IMG/VR virus record: IMGVR_UViG_3300014309_000025
Span: 66 to 64,065 of that record
Source of the DNA: a virus
Strand: one strand, 5' to 3'
Length of the DNA: 64,000 nucleotides
Shown here in pieces: positions 48,229-57,379 of the stretch (position 1 is the stretch's first letter; each line of letters starts with the position of its first letter). A program made the translations under genes and the position numbers. Under the pieces are notes generated by a model, which saw only the letters and a list, made by a program, of their open reading frames with translations, did not search any database and was not told the origin of the DNA.

Positions 48229-49027
48229 AGATAAACTGTTGCTAGTTTTAAAAGAATTAGTCAATAGTAAAACTATAAAGGTGAATACTACTTATGAAAA
48301 ACTAGCATACCAAATATTCTCCCTAAGTAGACCCTACTCAATTATTAATAGGAGTATAAATATTACTAATGACCGAGTAGATAAAAAGGTATGCAAACTA
48401 TTATCATCATCAAGGTTAGATTCAAGCATATTTGCTAACCTCCTACACCTAGTCAGGAGACAACTTAAACATAAAGGTATAGCCCCCATTAGAGCCGGTA
48501 GTAAAGATTGGGATTCATTAAAGGTAATTACTTCCCAGGCTATTGATTTTTGTAATGAGTTCAACCTAGAAAAGAAAGAGGGCTTCCATAAGTACATAGA
48601 ACTGGGTTTAAAGAAAATGAAAAAGTTTGGCTTGGTGAAATTTAATAATATGTATAGTGGTATATGTGAAACATACCAAGCTGAGTTGGAATTAGCCAAA
48701 GACTCAGATCCAGATGGGACAAATGCCCTTTATAAATATTACGTGGGACATATTGCAAGGAAGACTGGGGTAGTAAATGAGTATGATAGCCCAGATAAAT
48801 ACTTATGTTTTATGAAAGTAAGGGAAGAAGCAAATAGGTTAGGAGTAGATGGGGTAGATTATATAAAAGCCCAATTCTATGGGTTAGATTTTACAGGGGG
48901 AATACCCGACCCATTACAACTAATAGGCGAGAAGGCAATTGATAGGTTAAATAAATACCTATTTAAATTTAACATTAAAACAGATGATGGGTTTAAGTTG
49001 GATATTGATAAAATTAAAAAGGCATGA
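48197..49027 (+). CDS. hypothetical replication-module protein
   Basis: 276-aa basic helical protein between the primase and helicase genes. Confidence 0.7.
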   Translation: MVRNPSLHITEDKLLLVLKELVNSKTIKVNTTYEKLAYQIFSLSRPYSIINRSINITNDRVDKKVCKLLSSSRLDSSIFANLLHLVRRQLKHKGIAPIRAGSKDWDSLKVITSQAIDFCNEFNLEKKEGFHKYIELGLKKMKKFGLVKFNNMYSGICETYQAELELAKDSDPDGTNALYKYYVGHIARKTGVVNEYDSPDKYLCFMKVREEANRLGVDGVDYIKAQFYGLDFTGGIPDPLQLIGEKAIDRLNKYLFKFNIKTDDGFKLDIDKIKKA

Positions 49028-49287
49028 TAATAAATCCAATAAAGGTGGCTTATGAAAACATAAGCCATGGCATAAAAAACACGGCTATGTTTCATGTAGA
49101 GGGGACCTATATACTAATTAGATGCATGGCCCGTAATGCCAAGCGTACTGAGGGGGAGGTTGTAGATTGGTTAATTAAGAATAAAGTGAAAGTAAAAGGT
49201 ATAATAAAAGTCAACAAAAAACTAAATGATTCAGATCGAGATCAACAACAACAAGGTACATCTGACGGGGAACCAACCCGTTCTTAA
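49024..49287 (+). CDS. hypothetical protein
   Basis: ATGA-coupled to the upstream gene; overlaps the downstream gene by 62 nt. Confidence 0.5.
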   Translation: MIINPIKVAYENISHGIKNTAMFHVEGTYILIRCMARNAKRTEGEVVDWLIKNKVKVKGIIKVNKKLNDSDRDQQQQGTSDGEPTRS

Positions 49288-50665
49288 GAAGCTTTATGAG
49301 AGTATGAAGGTAAGACATCCTAACCAGTTTCACCTTAGACGATTTATGCCTAAAGGTTGGGATGGTAAGATAGAATTTCTAAGCCCTGTTGGAAATGCTA
49401 ATACGGGCCTATTGCCTATGATGGTAGATAAGATAAAAAGTTATGGAGAAAATATAAGGTACATAGACAATAGGAAAGCTTTGGAATTTACCGGGATACC
49501 TAAATCAGTAGGTAAATTCACACTAAGGGATTATCAAAAGGAAGCTGTAGAAAGTATAGTAAAAAATACTCTAAAGGGCACAGACATCGTGTTTGATAGG
49601 GGTATAATTGCTGCGGCAACTAATGCGGGTAAAACTGCTATAGCAGCATTTATATACAAATCTTACCGGGAGGCTAAGGCATTAATATTAGTTAATAATA
49701 AAGACTTATACCAGCAGTTTCTAGATGATATGCCTGGTATGTTTGGTAATGACTGGGGCTACATGCAGGGTGATAAAATTAAATGGGCAGATATAATGGT
49801 GTGTATGACCCCTACTATTAGGAGTCGTGCAGAACAATACAAGAGTAAATTGTTAAAATACAATATGATACTCTTTGATGAATGCCACCAAGTTACTAGT
49901 CAAGGTAATAAAAAAGCTTTAGCCCTTGTATATAACAGTATAGTTAGAGTGGGTTTATCTGGTACTCCATTATTACACAAAGATAAGGTTAAAAATACCC
50001 AAGTACTCTCATTGTTCGGGGATGTCACATATCAAATAAAAAACCAGGAATTAATAGACAAGGGTTTTTCAACACCCGTAGTAATAAAAATAGTTAGGGG
50101 TAACCTAAGTGTAAAGGAAAAAGGGGATTACAAATTAGAATATGACCAGGGTATAACTCGAAATAGACAAAGAGAAAACATGTCTATAGAAAGGATAGGC
50201 TTTTATATTGATAGGGGAGTTTACCCAATATTAGTAGTTGCAAAGTACCATGAACATGTTGAAAGGTTATATAAAAGGATAAAGGAAGAGTTCCCAGATT
50301 ACAGAATAGGTTTTGTACACCACAAAGTATCAAATCGTAAAGAGGTAATTGATAAATTTAAGAGGGGTAGCTTGGATATCCTGGTAGCTTCCTTACTAAT
50401 CAAACTAGGACAGAACATGCCTTTGATTAGGTATATGCAAAACGCTGCGTCGGGTGACTCTGCTATAAACACCCTCCAATTAATAGGCAGGATATTGCGT
50501 ACTCATAAATCTAAAACAAAAGTTTATGCAGAAGATTTTGCTGATGCAGGGGCTTATCTACGTAGGCATAGTAAGCACAGGGTTAACTACTACCGAGCAG
50601 AGAAATTTAAGGTAATCCTACTTGGAAAAGAAGTAGAAAAGATACTAGGCCATGGAAAACTTTAA
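49226..50665 (+). CDS. SF2 DEAD/H helicase (UvsW-like)
   Basis: LRDYQ, AATNAGKT, DECH, GLSGTP and QLIGRILR. Confidence 0.93.
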   Translation: MIQIEINNNKVHLTGNQPVLKKLYESMKVRHPNQFHLRRFMPKGWDGKIEFLSPVGNANTGLLPMMVDKIKSYGENIRYIDNRKALEFTGIPKSVGKFTLRDYQKEAVESIVKNTLKGTDIVFDRGIIAAATNAGKTAIAAFIYKSYREAKALILVNNKDLYQQFLDDMPGMFGNDWGYMQGDKIKWADIMVCMTPTIRSRAEQYKSKLLKYNMILFDECHQVTSQGNKKALALVYNSIVRVGLSGTPLLHKDKVKNTQVLSLFGDVTYQIKNQELIDKGFSTPVVIKIVRGNLSVKEKGDYKLEYDQGITRNRQRENMSIERIGFYIDRGVYPILVVAKYHEHVERLYKRIKEEFPDYRIGFVHHKVSNRKEVIDKFKRGSLDILVASLLIKLGQNMPLIRYMQNAASGDSAINTLQLIGRILRTHKSKTKVYAEDFADAGAYLRRHSKHRVNYYRAEKFKVILLGKEVEKILGHGKL

Positions 50666-50677
50666 AACATTAAGTGT

Positions 50678-50695
50678 ATACTATTTAAAATAAAC
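50678..50695 (+). promoter_or_regulatory. phage promoter motif
   Basis: Identical to 27893-27910. Confidence 0.65.
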
Positions 50696-50698
50696 AAT

Positions 50699-51091
50699 AT
50701 GAGGGAGCCCAGAGAAAATATAAAAGGTGAAGATTTATTATTCCCAGTTGACATATTCAAACTGGGTTCAAAAGACGACCCTTGCTTCGGAAAATTACAT
50801 GACTTAAAACACCCAGCCTGCTCAGTATGTGGGGATGCTGATTTTTGTGCAATAGTAAAAGCACAGAACATGCATATTAAAAGAACCCAAATTGAATCAG
50901 AGGGTAGGTTTAAGGATAAAGAGGAAGCTGAGTTTTTACTCGAAGAGAAAACTGAAAAGGTAAAACAATACATAGAAGAATGTACAGAGAAGGGTTTACC
51001 TAAAAGTCTAATATTGGTTAGAGGTAAGGTTAAATTTAATTTAACCAAAGAATTAATGAGAGAAATATATGAATCCCTAATAAAAGAATAA
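50699..51091 (+). CDS. Cys-rich hypothetical protein
   Basis: PCFGK...CSVCGDADFC, four clustered cysteines. Confidence 0.7.
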   Translation: MREPRENIKGEDLLFPVDIFKLGSKDDPCFGKLHDLKHPACSVCGDADFCAIVKAQNMHIKRTQIESEGRFKDKEEAEFLLEEKTEKVKQYIEECTEKGLPKSLILVRGKVKFNLTKELMREIYESLIKE

Positions 51092-51093
51092 CG

Positions 51094-51873
51094 ATGGATA
51101 TCAGAGATATTAAAGAAGAAGTACCAAATGTAGGTACAAAGGGTTTAGAAGAAATTTTTAACCTGCAGTTAAACTTAGTTCAAAAGTATATTGACATAGA
51201 GGGGCTACCACCATACCCCATCAATATAAATACCCGGGCCGGCCAATCACTTATCAAAGATTTTATATCCAGGGTAATTGAGGAGTTGGGAGAAGCCTGG
51301 GAATCTTACTTGGTACTAATGGACATGTTTCATCGGGGTTACCAAAGAGAAGATATGGTACCCCACCTTCAAAATTTTAACGAGGAGCTAGGGGATGCTT
51401 TACACTTCCACATGGAGTTAATGATATACTCTGGTATATCTATTAAGGACATAACAGATGGAGATAACATAGATGCTATGACCAAACTTTTAAAGTTGGG
51501 GGAAGATAACCTTTTAACAGAATTTCCCAAACCCTCAACCTATGCTAGCTTTGTAGTAATAAAGGATGAGGACTTGGTAGATGAATTTTTAAGGGGTGGG
51601 AGGCATTTAAGTAAAAAACACATGGCTGTAATGGAGAGGTATTTGTGGAGAACTACTTATTGGTATCAGGTAGCTCGTAACACTCTTAAGAATAAGCCTT
51701 GGAAACAATCCCAGATGTTAACAGATGAGTTAACCTATAAACAATACATACTGAGAGCTAATGAATTGCTATTCCAGTTCTTTTATTTCATTGGGATGAC
51801 CCCTAGATCACTGTTTACTATTTATTATAAGAAGAACCTCATAAACTGTTTTAGGATTAAATCAAACTATTAA
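51094..51873 (+). CDS. all-alpha NTP pyrophosphatase (dimeric dUTPase/dCTPase-like)
   Basis: EELGEAWE, EELGDALHF, LKNKPWK and YYKKNLINCFRI. Confidence 0.8.
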   Translation: MDIRDIKEEVPNVGTKGLEEIFNLQLNLVQKYIDIEGLPPYPININTRAGQSLIKDFISRVIEELGEAWESYLVLMDMFHRGYQREDMVPHLQNFNEELGDALHFHMELMIYSGISIKDITDGDNIDAMTKLLKLGEDNLLTEFPKPSTYASFVVIKDEDLVDEFLRGGRHLSKKHMAVMERYLWRTTYWYQVARNTLKNKPWKQSQMLTDELTYKQYILRANELLFQFFYFIGMTPRSLFTIYYKKNLINCFRIKSNY

Positions 51874-51875
51874 AC

Positions 51876-52202
51876 ATGTCACAGGATACAATACTCTTTG
51901 GAAATTTTATAATAGCAATAGAATACTTTATAATTCCCCGATGGGACGATGCTGATGTACAAGAGTTTAAAATTGCTAAAACACCCACAAGGAGAAGGGT
52001 GCTTGGAAATCTACCCGGTAAAAATACTATAGATGTTCACAATGTAACTATCTTTAATAAAAAATGTAATTTTAATTCCACTATGGTTGAAATACCCTAT
52101 GCTGCTGTATTAGCTGTAAAGTCTCACATAGACGATGTTATATCCAAAACACCCGATTACAGTTCGGTAACTCTTAAACAATCCCTAGATGATTCAAAGT
52201 AA
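51876..52202 (+). CDS. hypothetical protein
   Basis: 108-aa ORF packed in the operon. Confidence 0.65.
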   Translation: MSQDTILFGNFIIAIEYFIIPRWDDADVQEFKIAKTPTRRRVLGNLPGKNTIDVHNVTIFNKKCNFNSTMVEIPYAAVLAVKSHIDDVISKTPDYSSVTLKQSLDDSK

Positions 52203-52971
52203 CCATGCTACATCTCAGGAAGCCTGGGAATTTATAAATGAATACCTTGTATTAAAAGAGGAAGAGGTAGTTGCTAATGGGGGTAATAGGTATGGTTCAC
52301 AAATATTATCCTATGACCACTTCATGGAGATTAATAAATCATGGGTTGATCCTAACTTTAACTTTGGGTATATGTTTGGGTATACCATGAGTAAGTGGAC
52401 AAGGTTAGTAAATAATTATGTTAACTTTGATTACTTGGACATAGTTAAAAGTGAGGTGCTGCTAAAGGAAAAGAAAAAAACTTCAAACTATAATATTGCA
52501 TATAAGTTTGACAATAACCATGGTAGTGGGAAAGGTTGCTTATTAAGTTTGGTTTTCCAAAGAAGGATTACCCAGGATAACCCAATACTAATCTTAAACT
52601 TAAGATCCTCAGAAGTAACTAAAAGGCTAATATTTGACTTTTTATTAATACAAAGGATGGCTGAATATGTATATGGAGAAAGAGCAAGTGTTAGTGTTAA
52701 ACTCTATTGTGCTAATATATATACATCTGGGGAAACTTTTACCATGTATGAAAATTACAAATCTATAAGGAAACTTTTAAAGGGATCAGAAACAGAAATG
52801 TCCCGAAGGGTATTAGCTGCAATGGACAAATTTGAAACAATAGACCCAGCAAAGGTCCCATATAAAATCCATAGAAGGGCAGTTAAACAACTCCAGAAGG
52901 ATGAAACTGGTAAACCTATATCGGGGGTACCAGATTTATTTGCTAAGAATTGTAAATTTAAAACCAATTAA
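52189..52971 (+). CDS. divergent thymidylate-synthase-fold protein (dCMP-type)
   Basis: GKGCLLSL (Cys), LRSSEVTKRLIFD (Asp at the 177-equivalent position) and ANIY. Confidence 0.65.
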   Translation: MIQSNHATSQEAWEFINEYLVLKEEEVVANGGNRYGSQILSYDHFMEINKSWVDPNFNFGYMFGYTMSKWTRLVNNYVNFDYLDIVKSEVLLKEKKKTSNYNIAYKFDNNHGSGKGCLLSLVFQRRITQDNPILILNLRSSEVTKRLIFDFLLIQRMAEYVYGERASVSVKLYCANIYTSGETFTMYENYKSIRKLLKGSETEMSRRVLAAMDKFETIDPAKVPYKIHRRAVKQLQKDETGKPISGVPDLFAKNCKFKTN

Positions 52972-52972
52972 T

Positions 52973-53275
52973 ATGAACAAAGTAAAAGTTACACCCGACC
53001 TACAAAGAGTTATAGTCCTACCCGACCCAGCACCAGATAAGATTGGTAGTATATTAGTGCCTGATACTTCTAAGAAAGATAAACCCGGTAAAGGTACAAT
53101 AGTTGTATCTGGGTTGGGAGAAGCTGACAGGCCAATGAGATATTTCCCCGGAGATAGGATAGTATACTCTTTGTATTCGGGTACTGAGGTTGAACTTAAC
53201 CTTGATGGTAAAGAGAAGACATATTTAATCATGAATCAGATGGACATCTGGTTAAAAATGGAGGATGCAGAATGA
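52973..53275 (+). CDS. groES: co-chaperonin GroES
   Basis: PDLQRVIV...GSILVPD...KPGKGTIV...GDRIVYSLYSGTEV...YLIMNQMDI; ATG at 52973. Confidence 0.9.
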   Translation: MNKVKVTPDLQRVIVLPDPAPDKIGSILVPDTSKKDKPGKGTIVVSGLGEADRPMRYFPGDRIVYSLYSGTEVELNLDGKEKTYLIMNQMDIWLKMEDAE

Positions 53276-54009
53276 GAGTATTCGGGGATTGCTACGAATT
53301 AATGAGTGAGGTAATGAGAGATGTCTATGAAATGGGACACAAGGTTCACCCTCACTCAATGCAAAATAAAATCGTAAAGGACGATGATAATTTTGAGACA
53401 AAGGAAATTATAAACTATAGTTATTGCCTAACATCAATGTCAAGAAAGGATTACTTATTCATAATAAGTAAATCCCTTAAGTGGGCAATGGCAGAATTTG
53501 AAGAGAGGATTGAGTCAAGGTTTGACGAGGGTCATGTAAACCCCGGAGAAGCCTGGAAGCTTAGGCCCGAAGTATGGAAACAATTTATAAATGAAGAAGG
53601 TAAGTTTGATTACACCTATAATGAACGTATAGACCCGGTTGGTAGGTTATATTTTATTGTAGATGAATTAAAAACAAACCCAGATTCAAGGCAATGTGTA
53701 TTACCAATATTTTATCCCAGGGATTTATATGAAATGGGAGGTCAAAAAAGAATCCCCTGTTCATTGCACTACCAATTTCTACTCCGGGATGGTAGACTTA
53801 ATATAGTGTACAATCAAAGGAGTGCAGATGTAGTAACCCATTTTGGTAATGACGTATTCCTGGCATGGATGTTAATGTCACATGTAGCTAAGGAAGTAGG
53901 GGTAAAAGAGGGTTATCTATTCCATAACATTGCCTCACTTCATGCCTATAAAAAAGATTGGCCAACTCTTAAGAAATCAATCTCTGACATAAAGGATGCA
54001 CAAGCTTAA
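53272..54009 (+). CDS. dCMP hydroxymethylase-like enzyme (thymidylate synthase fold)
   Basis: YTYNER, PDSRQ, IPCSLHYQF, QRSADVVTHFGND (Asp at the 177-equivalent position, as in T4 gp42) and SLHAY. Confidence 0.85.
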   Translation: MRVFGDCYELMSEVMRDVYEMGHKVHPHSMQNKIVKDDDNFETKEIINYSYCLTSMSRKDYLFIISKSLKWAMAEFEERIESRFDEGHVNPGEAWKLRPEVWKQFINEEGKFDYTYNERIDPVGRLYFIVDELKTNPDSRQCVLPIFYPRDLYEMGGQKRIPCSLHYQFLLRDGRLNIVYNQRSADVVTHFGNDVFLAWMLMSHVAKEVGVKEGYLFHNIASLHAYKKDWPTLKKSISDIKDAQA

Positions 54010-56131
54010 AATAATAACCACTGAAAAAGAGGTCGACCAGCTTATAGGGTTTTGTAAACAAACAAAATATTGTAGCCAAGACTTTGAAACAAATGGGGGA
54101 TCATCTAAGGATAGTTGGGCATTTCCAACTATCCTTGGTGTGTCATTTCAACCGGGGTCATCTTGGATAATCCCATTAGGCCATTTTGATAGCCCATTTC
54201 AGGATTGGGAAAGGATACTACGTAAATTTGGTAGAGAAGTAATTGAGAACTCAAACATAGTTAAGATAGGCCAAAATCTTAAGTATGAATATAACTGGTG
54301 GTATAGGTATGGCATTAAGATGGAGGGCGTTCTACTAGATACCATGTTAGGTAAATACCTACTTGATGAGGAAAGGCCCCATGACTTAAAAAGTATGGTG
54401 GCTAAGTGGGTACCAGAGTATGCAGGATACGATTTAAAGGGACAGCCCAAGAAAGATGCGTCCCCTGAACAGATGATGAATTTCTGGGGGAAAGTGCCTT
54501 TAGATATACTATCTGAATATTGCGGATTAGATTCTGATTGTACGTTTAGGTTAATGATGTACTTTGAACCCTTACTTATCAAGCAAGGTTTTTACCCATT
54601 GTTTAGGAACATGTTAATGATGGGTACAAGGGTACTTGCTGACGCTGAAAGGCAAGGTATGGTAGTAAATAAAACTTTTTTGAAAGAAATAAAGGTTAAG
54701 TATGCTAAGGATATTAAAGACCAGGAAGAAGCCTTATACTTAGTACCCGATGTTCAGAAATATGAAAAGGGTAAAGCCAAAGAGATTAAGAAACTTCTAA
54801 TAGAAAAGGCTGAAAAAGAGTTAGAAGATTTAAGGGATGACGGTGCAAGTGATATAGTAATTAAAAACAAAGAAAAGAAATTATCGGGTTATATAGCGGG
54901 GATATATACTAACAATAAGGAAAGGAAGTTATTTGAAAGGACAAACTTTGGATCACCCCAACAAATGTCAGACCTATTATTTGATTCCAAATATGGGTTT
55001 AAATTTGAACCTTTTAAGAAGACTGATTCGGGGGCATGGTCTACGGATGAGGAGACTTTGTTAGTATTAAAAGAAGAGGATACTAGTGGTTTTATTAATA
55101 AGTTATTAGAATATAGGGGTGTAACTAAATTATATTCTACTTACATTGAAGGAATCTTAAATAAGCTTACACCATGTGACACTTTGCACGGTAGTTTTTT
55201 ATTGCATGGAACTGTAACCGGTAGACTATCCTCAAGAAACCCTAACCTTCAAAACATACCCAGGGTAACTACTAATGCCGATATAAAGAAAATGTTTATA
55301 GCCCCTAAGGGAATGGTATTACTCCAAATGGACTACTCTCAAGCTGAGCTTAGGGTGCTTGCTGCAATGGCTAAGGAATTAACAATGTTAGAATGGTTCA
55401 GAACAGGTAAGGATATCCACTTAGCTACAGCCTGTAAGAAATATGATTTTGATTATGATAAGGCACTTAAGATTTTGGATGACGAAAGTCATAAAGACAA
55501 CAAACTTTGGAAAGTAAGAAGGAAGCAAGCCAAAACAACAAACTTTGGTATTGCATACGAGCAAGGGGTAAAAGCTTTAGGCGCTAAAATGAGAGAGCAA
55601 GGGGTTGAGGTAACCGATGAAGAGGTACAACAATTCCTGGATGATTGGTTTAAAGATTTTCCTAGGGTAAAGAAATTTATTAAGAGCCAACATAAATTTG
55701 CTGAAGAGAATGGTTATGTTAAAAGTTTATTTGGTAGGAAAAGAAGGTTACCAGATGTTGACTCAGATAATAAATGGAAAAAATTAGATGCTCTTAGGCA
55801 ATCAACAAATACACCAATACAATCTGCTGCATCAGACTATGCACTGTTCTCATCAGTACTTGTTAGAGATCGGATAATTAGGCACAAGTTACCAAAAACT
55901 CTATTACAAATTGGTACAGTACATGACTCTATACTATTCTATACTTATCCCAATGACATACATGGTATAGTACCAGAACTTCTTAACATTGCCCGTAACC
56001 CAGAAACCAAGATATGGTTCAATTTCGAGGTAACTTCAGTAAGGATGGAGGCAGACTTTGAAGTGGGGTTAGATTGGGCAGATTTACATAAATATAATAA
56101 GGTTGCTAATTACCTTGAGCTAGTTAACTAA
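53996..56131 (+). CDS. polA: DNA polymerase family A with 3'-5' exonuclease
   Basis: Exo motifs DFET, QNLKYE and YCGLD; TGRLSSRNPNLQNIP; motif A DYSQAELR; motif B KTTNFGIAY; motif C VHDS. Confidence 0.97.
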   Translation: MHKLKIITTEKEVDQLIGFCKQTKYCSQDFETNGGSSKDSWAFPTILGVSFQPGSSWIIPLGHFDSPFQDWERILRKFGREVIENSNIVKIGQNLKYEYNWWYRYGIKMEGVLLDTMLGKYLLDEERPHDLKSMVAKWVPEYAGYDLKGQPKKDASPEQMMNFWGKVPLDILSEYCGLDSDCTFRLMMYFEPLLIKQGFYPLFRNMLMMGTRVLADAERQGMVVNKTFLKEIKVKYAKDIKDQEEALYLVPDVQKYEKGKAKEIKKLLIEKAEKELEDLRDDGASDIVIKNKEKKLSGYIAGIYTNNKERKLFERTNFGSPQQMSDLLFDSKYGFKFEPFKKTDSGAWSTDEETLLVLKEEDTSGFINKLLEYRGVTKLYSTYIEGILNKLTPCDTLHGSFLLHGTVTGRLSSRNPNLQNIPRVTTNADIKKMFIAPKGMVLLQMDYSQAELRVLAAMAKELTMLEWFRTGKDIHLATACKKYDFDYDKALKILDDESHKDNKLWKVRRKQAKTTNFGIAYEQGVKALGAKMREQGVEVTDEEVQQFLDDWFKDFPRVKKFIKSQHKFAEENGYVKSLFGRKRRLPDVDSDNKWKKLDALRQSTNTPIQSAASDYALFSSVLVRDRIIRHKLPKTLLQIGTVHDSILFYTYPNDIHGIVPELLNIARNPETKIWFNFEVTSVRMEADFEVGLDWADLHKYNKVANYLELVN

Positions 56132-56163
56132 ATCCTTAAGTACTATTAATTATAAATACCTGG

Positions 56164-56625
56164 ATGAACAAACTAAGGAAATATTTCAGCAAGTCAGACT
56201 TAATGAATTTAAAAATAATCTATGGGGAAGAGATTTTTAAATTTAACCTTTTTGAAGAACTAACCATAAGTGAAGATAAGATAAATGCAGAAGCTAAAGA
56301 ACAACCCTCAGCTTATGGGTTCTTAGGGTTATTAGCAATCCAACTTAAGAAAATAAAGAAAGAAAAAGAGAATGACCTGAATATGGAATACTCCAGGTTA
56401 TACCTATTAAATAAAGATAAAAAAGACCCCTCTACGGGTAGGCCAATGAGTAAGGATTTTATAGAAGCCAAGATAGTAACAAACCTATCATACCAGGCTA
56501 AACTAAAAATACTTTGGCAAGCAGAGGCAGATGCTGAGAATCTGGATACATGCGTAAAGTCATTTGAACAAAGAGCAAACATGATCCAGACATTGTCTGC
56601 AAACGTAAGGAAGGATAGAAGTTAA
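56164..56625 (+). CDS. UvsY-like recombination mediator
   Basis: Helical 153 aa with C-terminal KSFEQRANMIQTLSANVRKD; next to the SSB and RecA genes. Confidence 0.65.
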   Translation: MNKLRKYFSKSDLMNLKIIYGEEIFKFNLFEELTISEDKINAEAKEQPSAYGFLGLLAIQLKKIKKEKENDLNMEYSRLYLLNKDKKDPSTGRPMSKDFIEAKIVTNLSYQAKLKILWQAEADAENLDTCVKSFEQRANMIQTLSANVRKDRS

Positions 56626-56644
56626 ACTTTAAATAAACATAATT

Positions 56645-57376
56645 ATGGCTACTAAAGATTCATTAAGAGAACGCTTACAAAAACAACGTCAGGATTTAAA
56701 GGACAGGAGTAATAAAGGGAACATGATATTCTTAAAAGCTGACCAGGATATCAGGGTAAGAATATTACCCGTTAAACCCGATGAAGAATTTGCATTAGAA
56801 ACAACCCAATTTTATCTGGGTGGGGAAATAAAAGGTGTAGTATCCCCCGTATCAGTTGGAGAACCTTGTGCACTTATGGAAGCTTATGAAGAGATGAAAG
56901 CTTCAAAGGACCCGGATGATAAAGATATTGCAAAAACAATGTCCCCAAAGAAAAAGTTTGTTATCCTGGTTATAAAATATAAGGACCTTAAGGGTAAAGA
57001 GGTTGAAACTGAAGAACCTAAACTGGTTTTACTAACCAGTGGGATGTATCAGGATATCCTTGACCTTTACCTGGACGAGGATGAGTGGGGGGATATGACA
57101 GACCCAGAAGATGGTTATGACCTTAAGTTATCCAGGTCAGGTTCAGGCAAAACTGATACAGAATATTCAGTGACTGCTTGCAAAAATACACCCTTGCCCA
57201 AACAGTTCAAAAAGAAAACCTACGATGTTGTTGAGGCATTGAAGGCAGAGATTCCCAGTTATGAAAAAACTAAGGAATACCTAGATGAATTTTTAGGTTT
57301 AAAACATGATGACGATGATGAGCGGGAAGAAAAAAGTTCTAAGAAAAAAGTTAAGAAGGTAATAAAGAAAAAGTAA
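56645..57376 (+). CDS. single-stranded DNA-binding protein (gp32-like)
   Basis: VRILP, DMTDPEDGYDLKLSRSGSGKTDTEYSV and a charged tail. Confidence 0.8.
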   Translation: MATKDSLRERLQKQRQDLKDRSNKGNMIFLKADQDIRVRILPVKPDEEFALETTQFYLGGEIKGVVSPVSVGEPCALMEAYEEMKASKDPDDKDIAKTMSPKKKFVILVIKYKDLKGKEVETEEPKLVLLTSGMYQDILDLYLDEDEWGDMTDPEDGYDLKLSRSGSGKTDTEYSVTACKNTPLPKQFKKKTYDVVEALKAEIPSYEKTKEYLDEFLGLKHDDDDEREEKSSKKKVKKVIKKK

Positions 57377-57379
57377 GGC

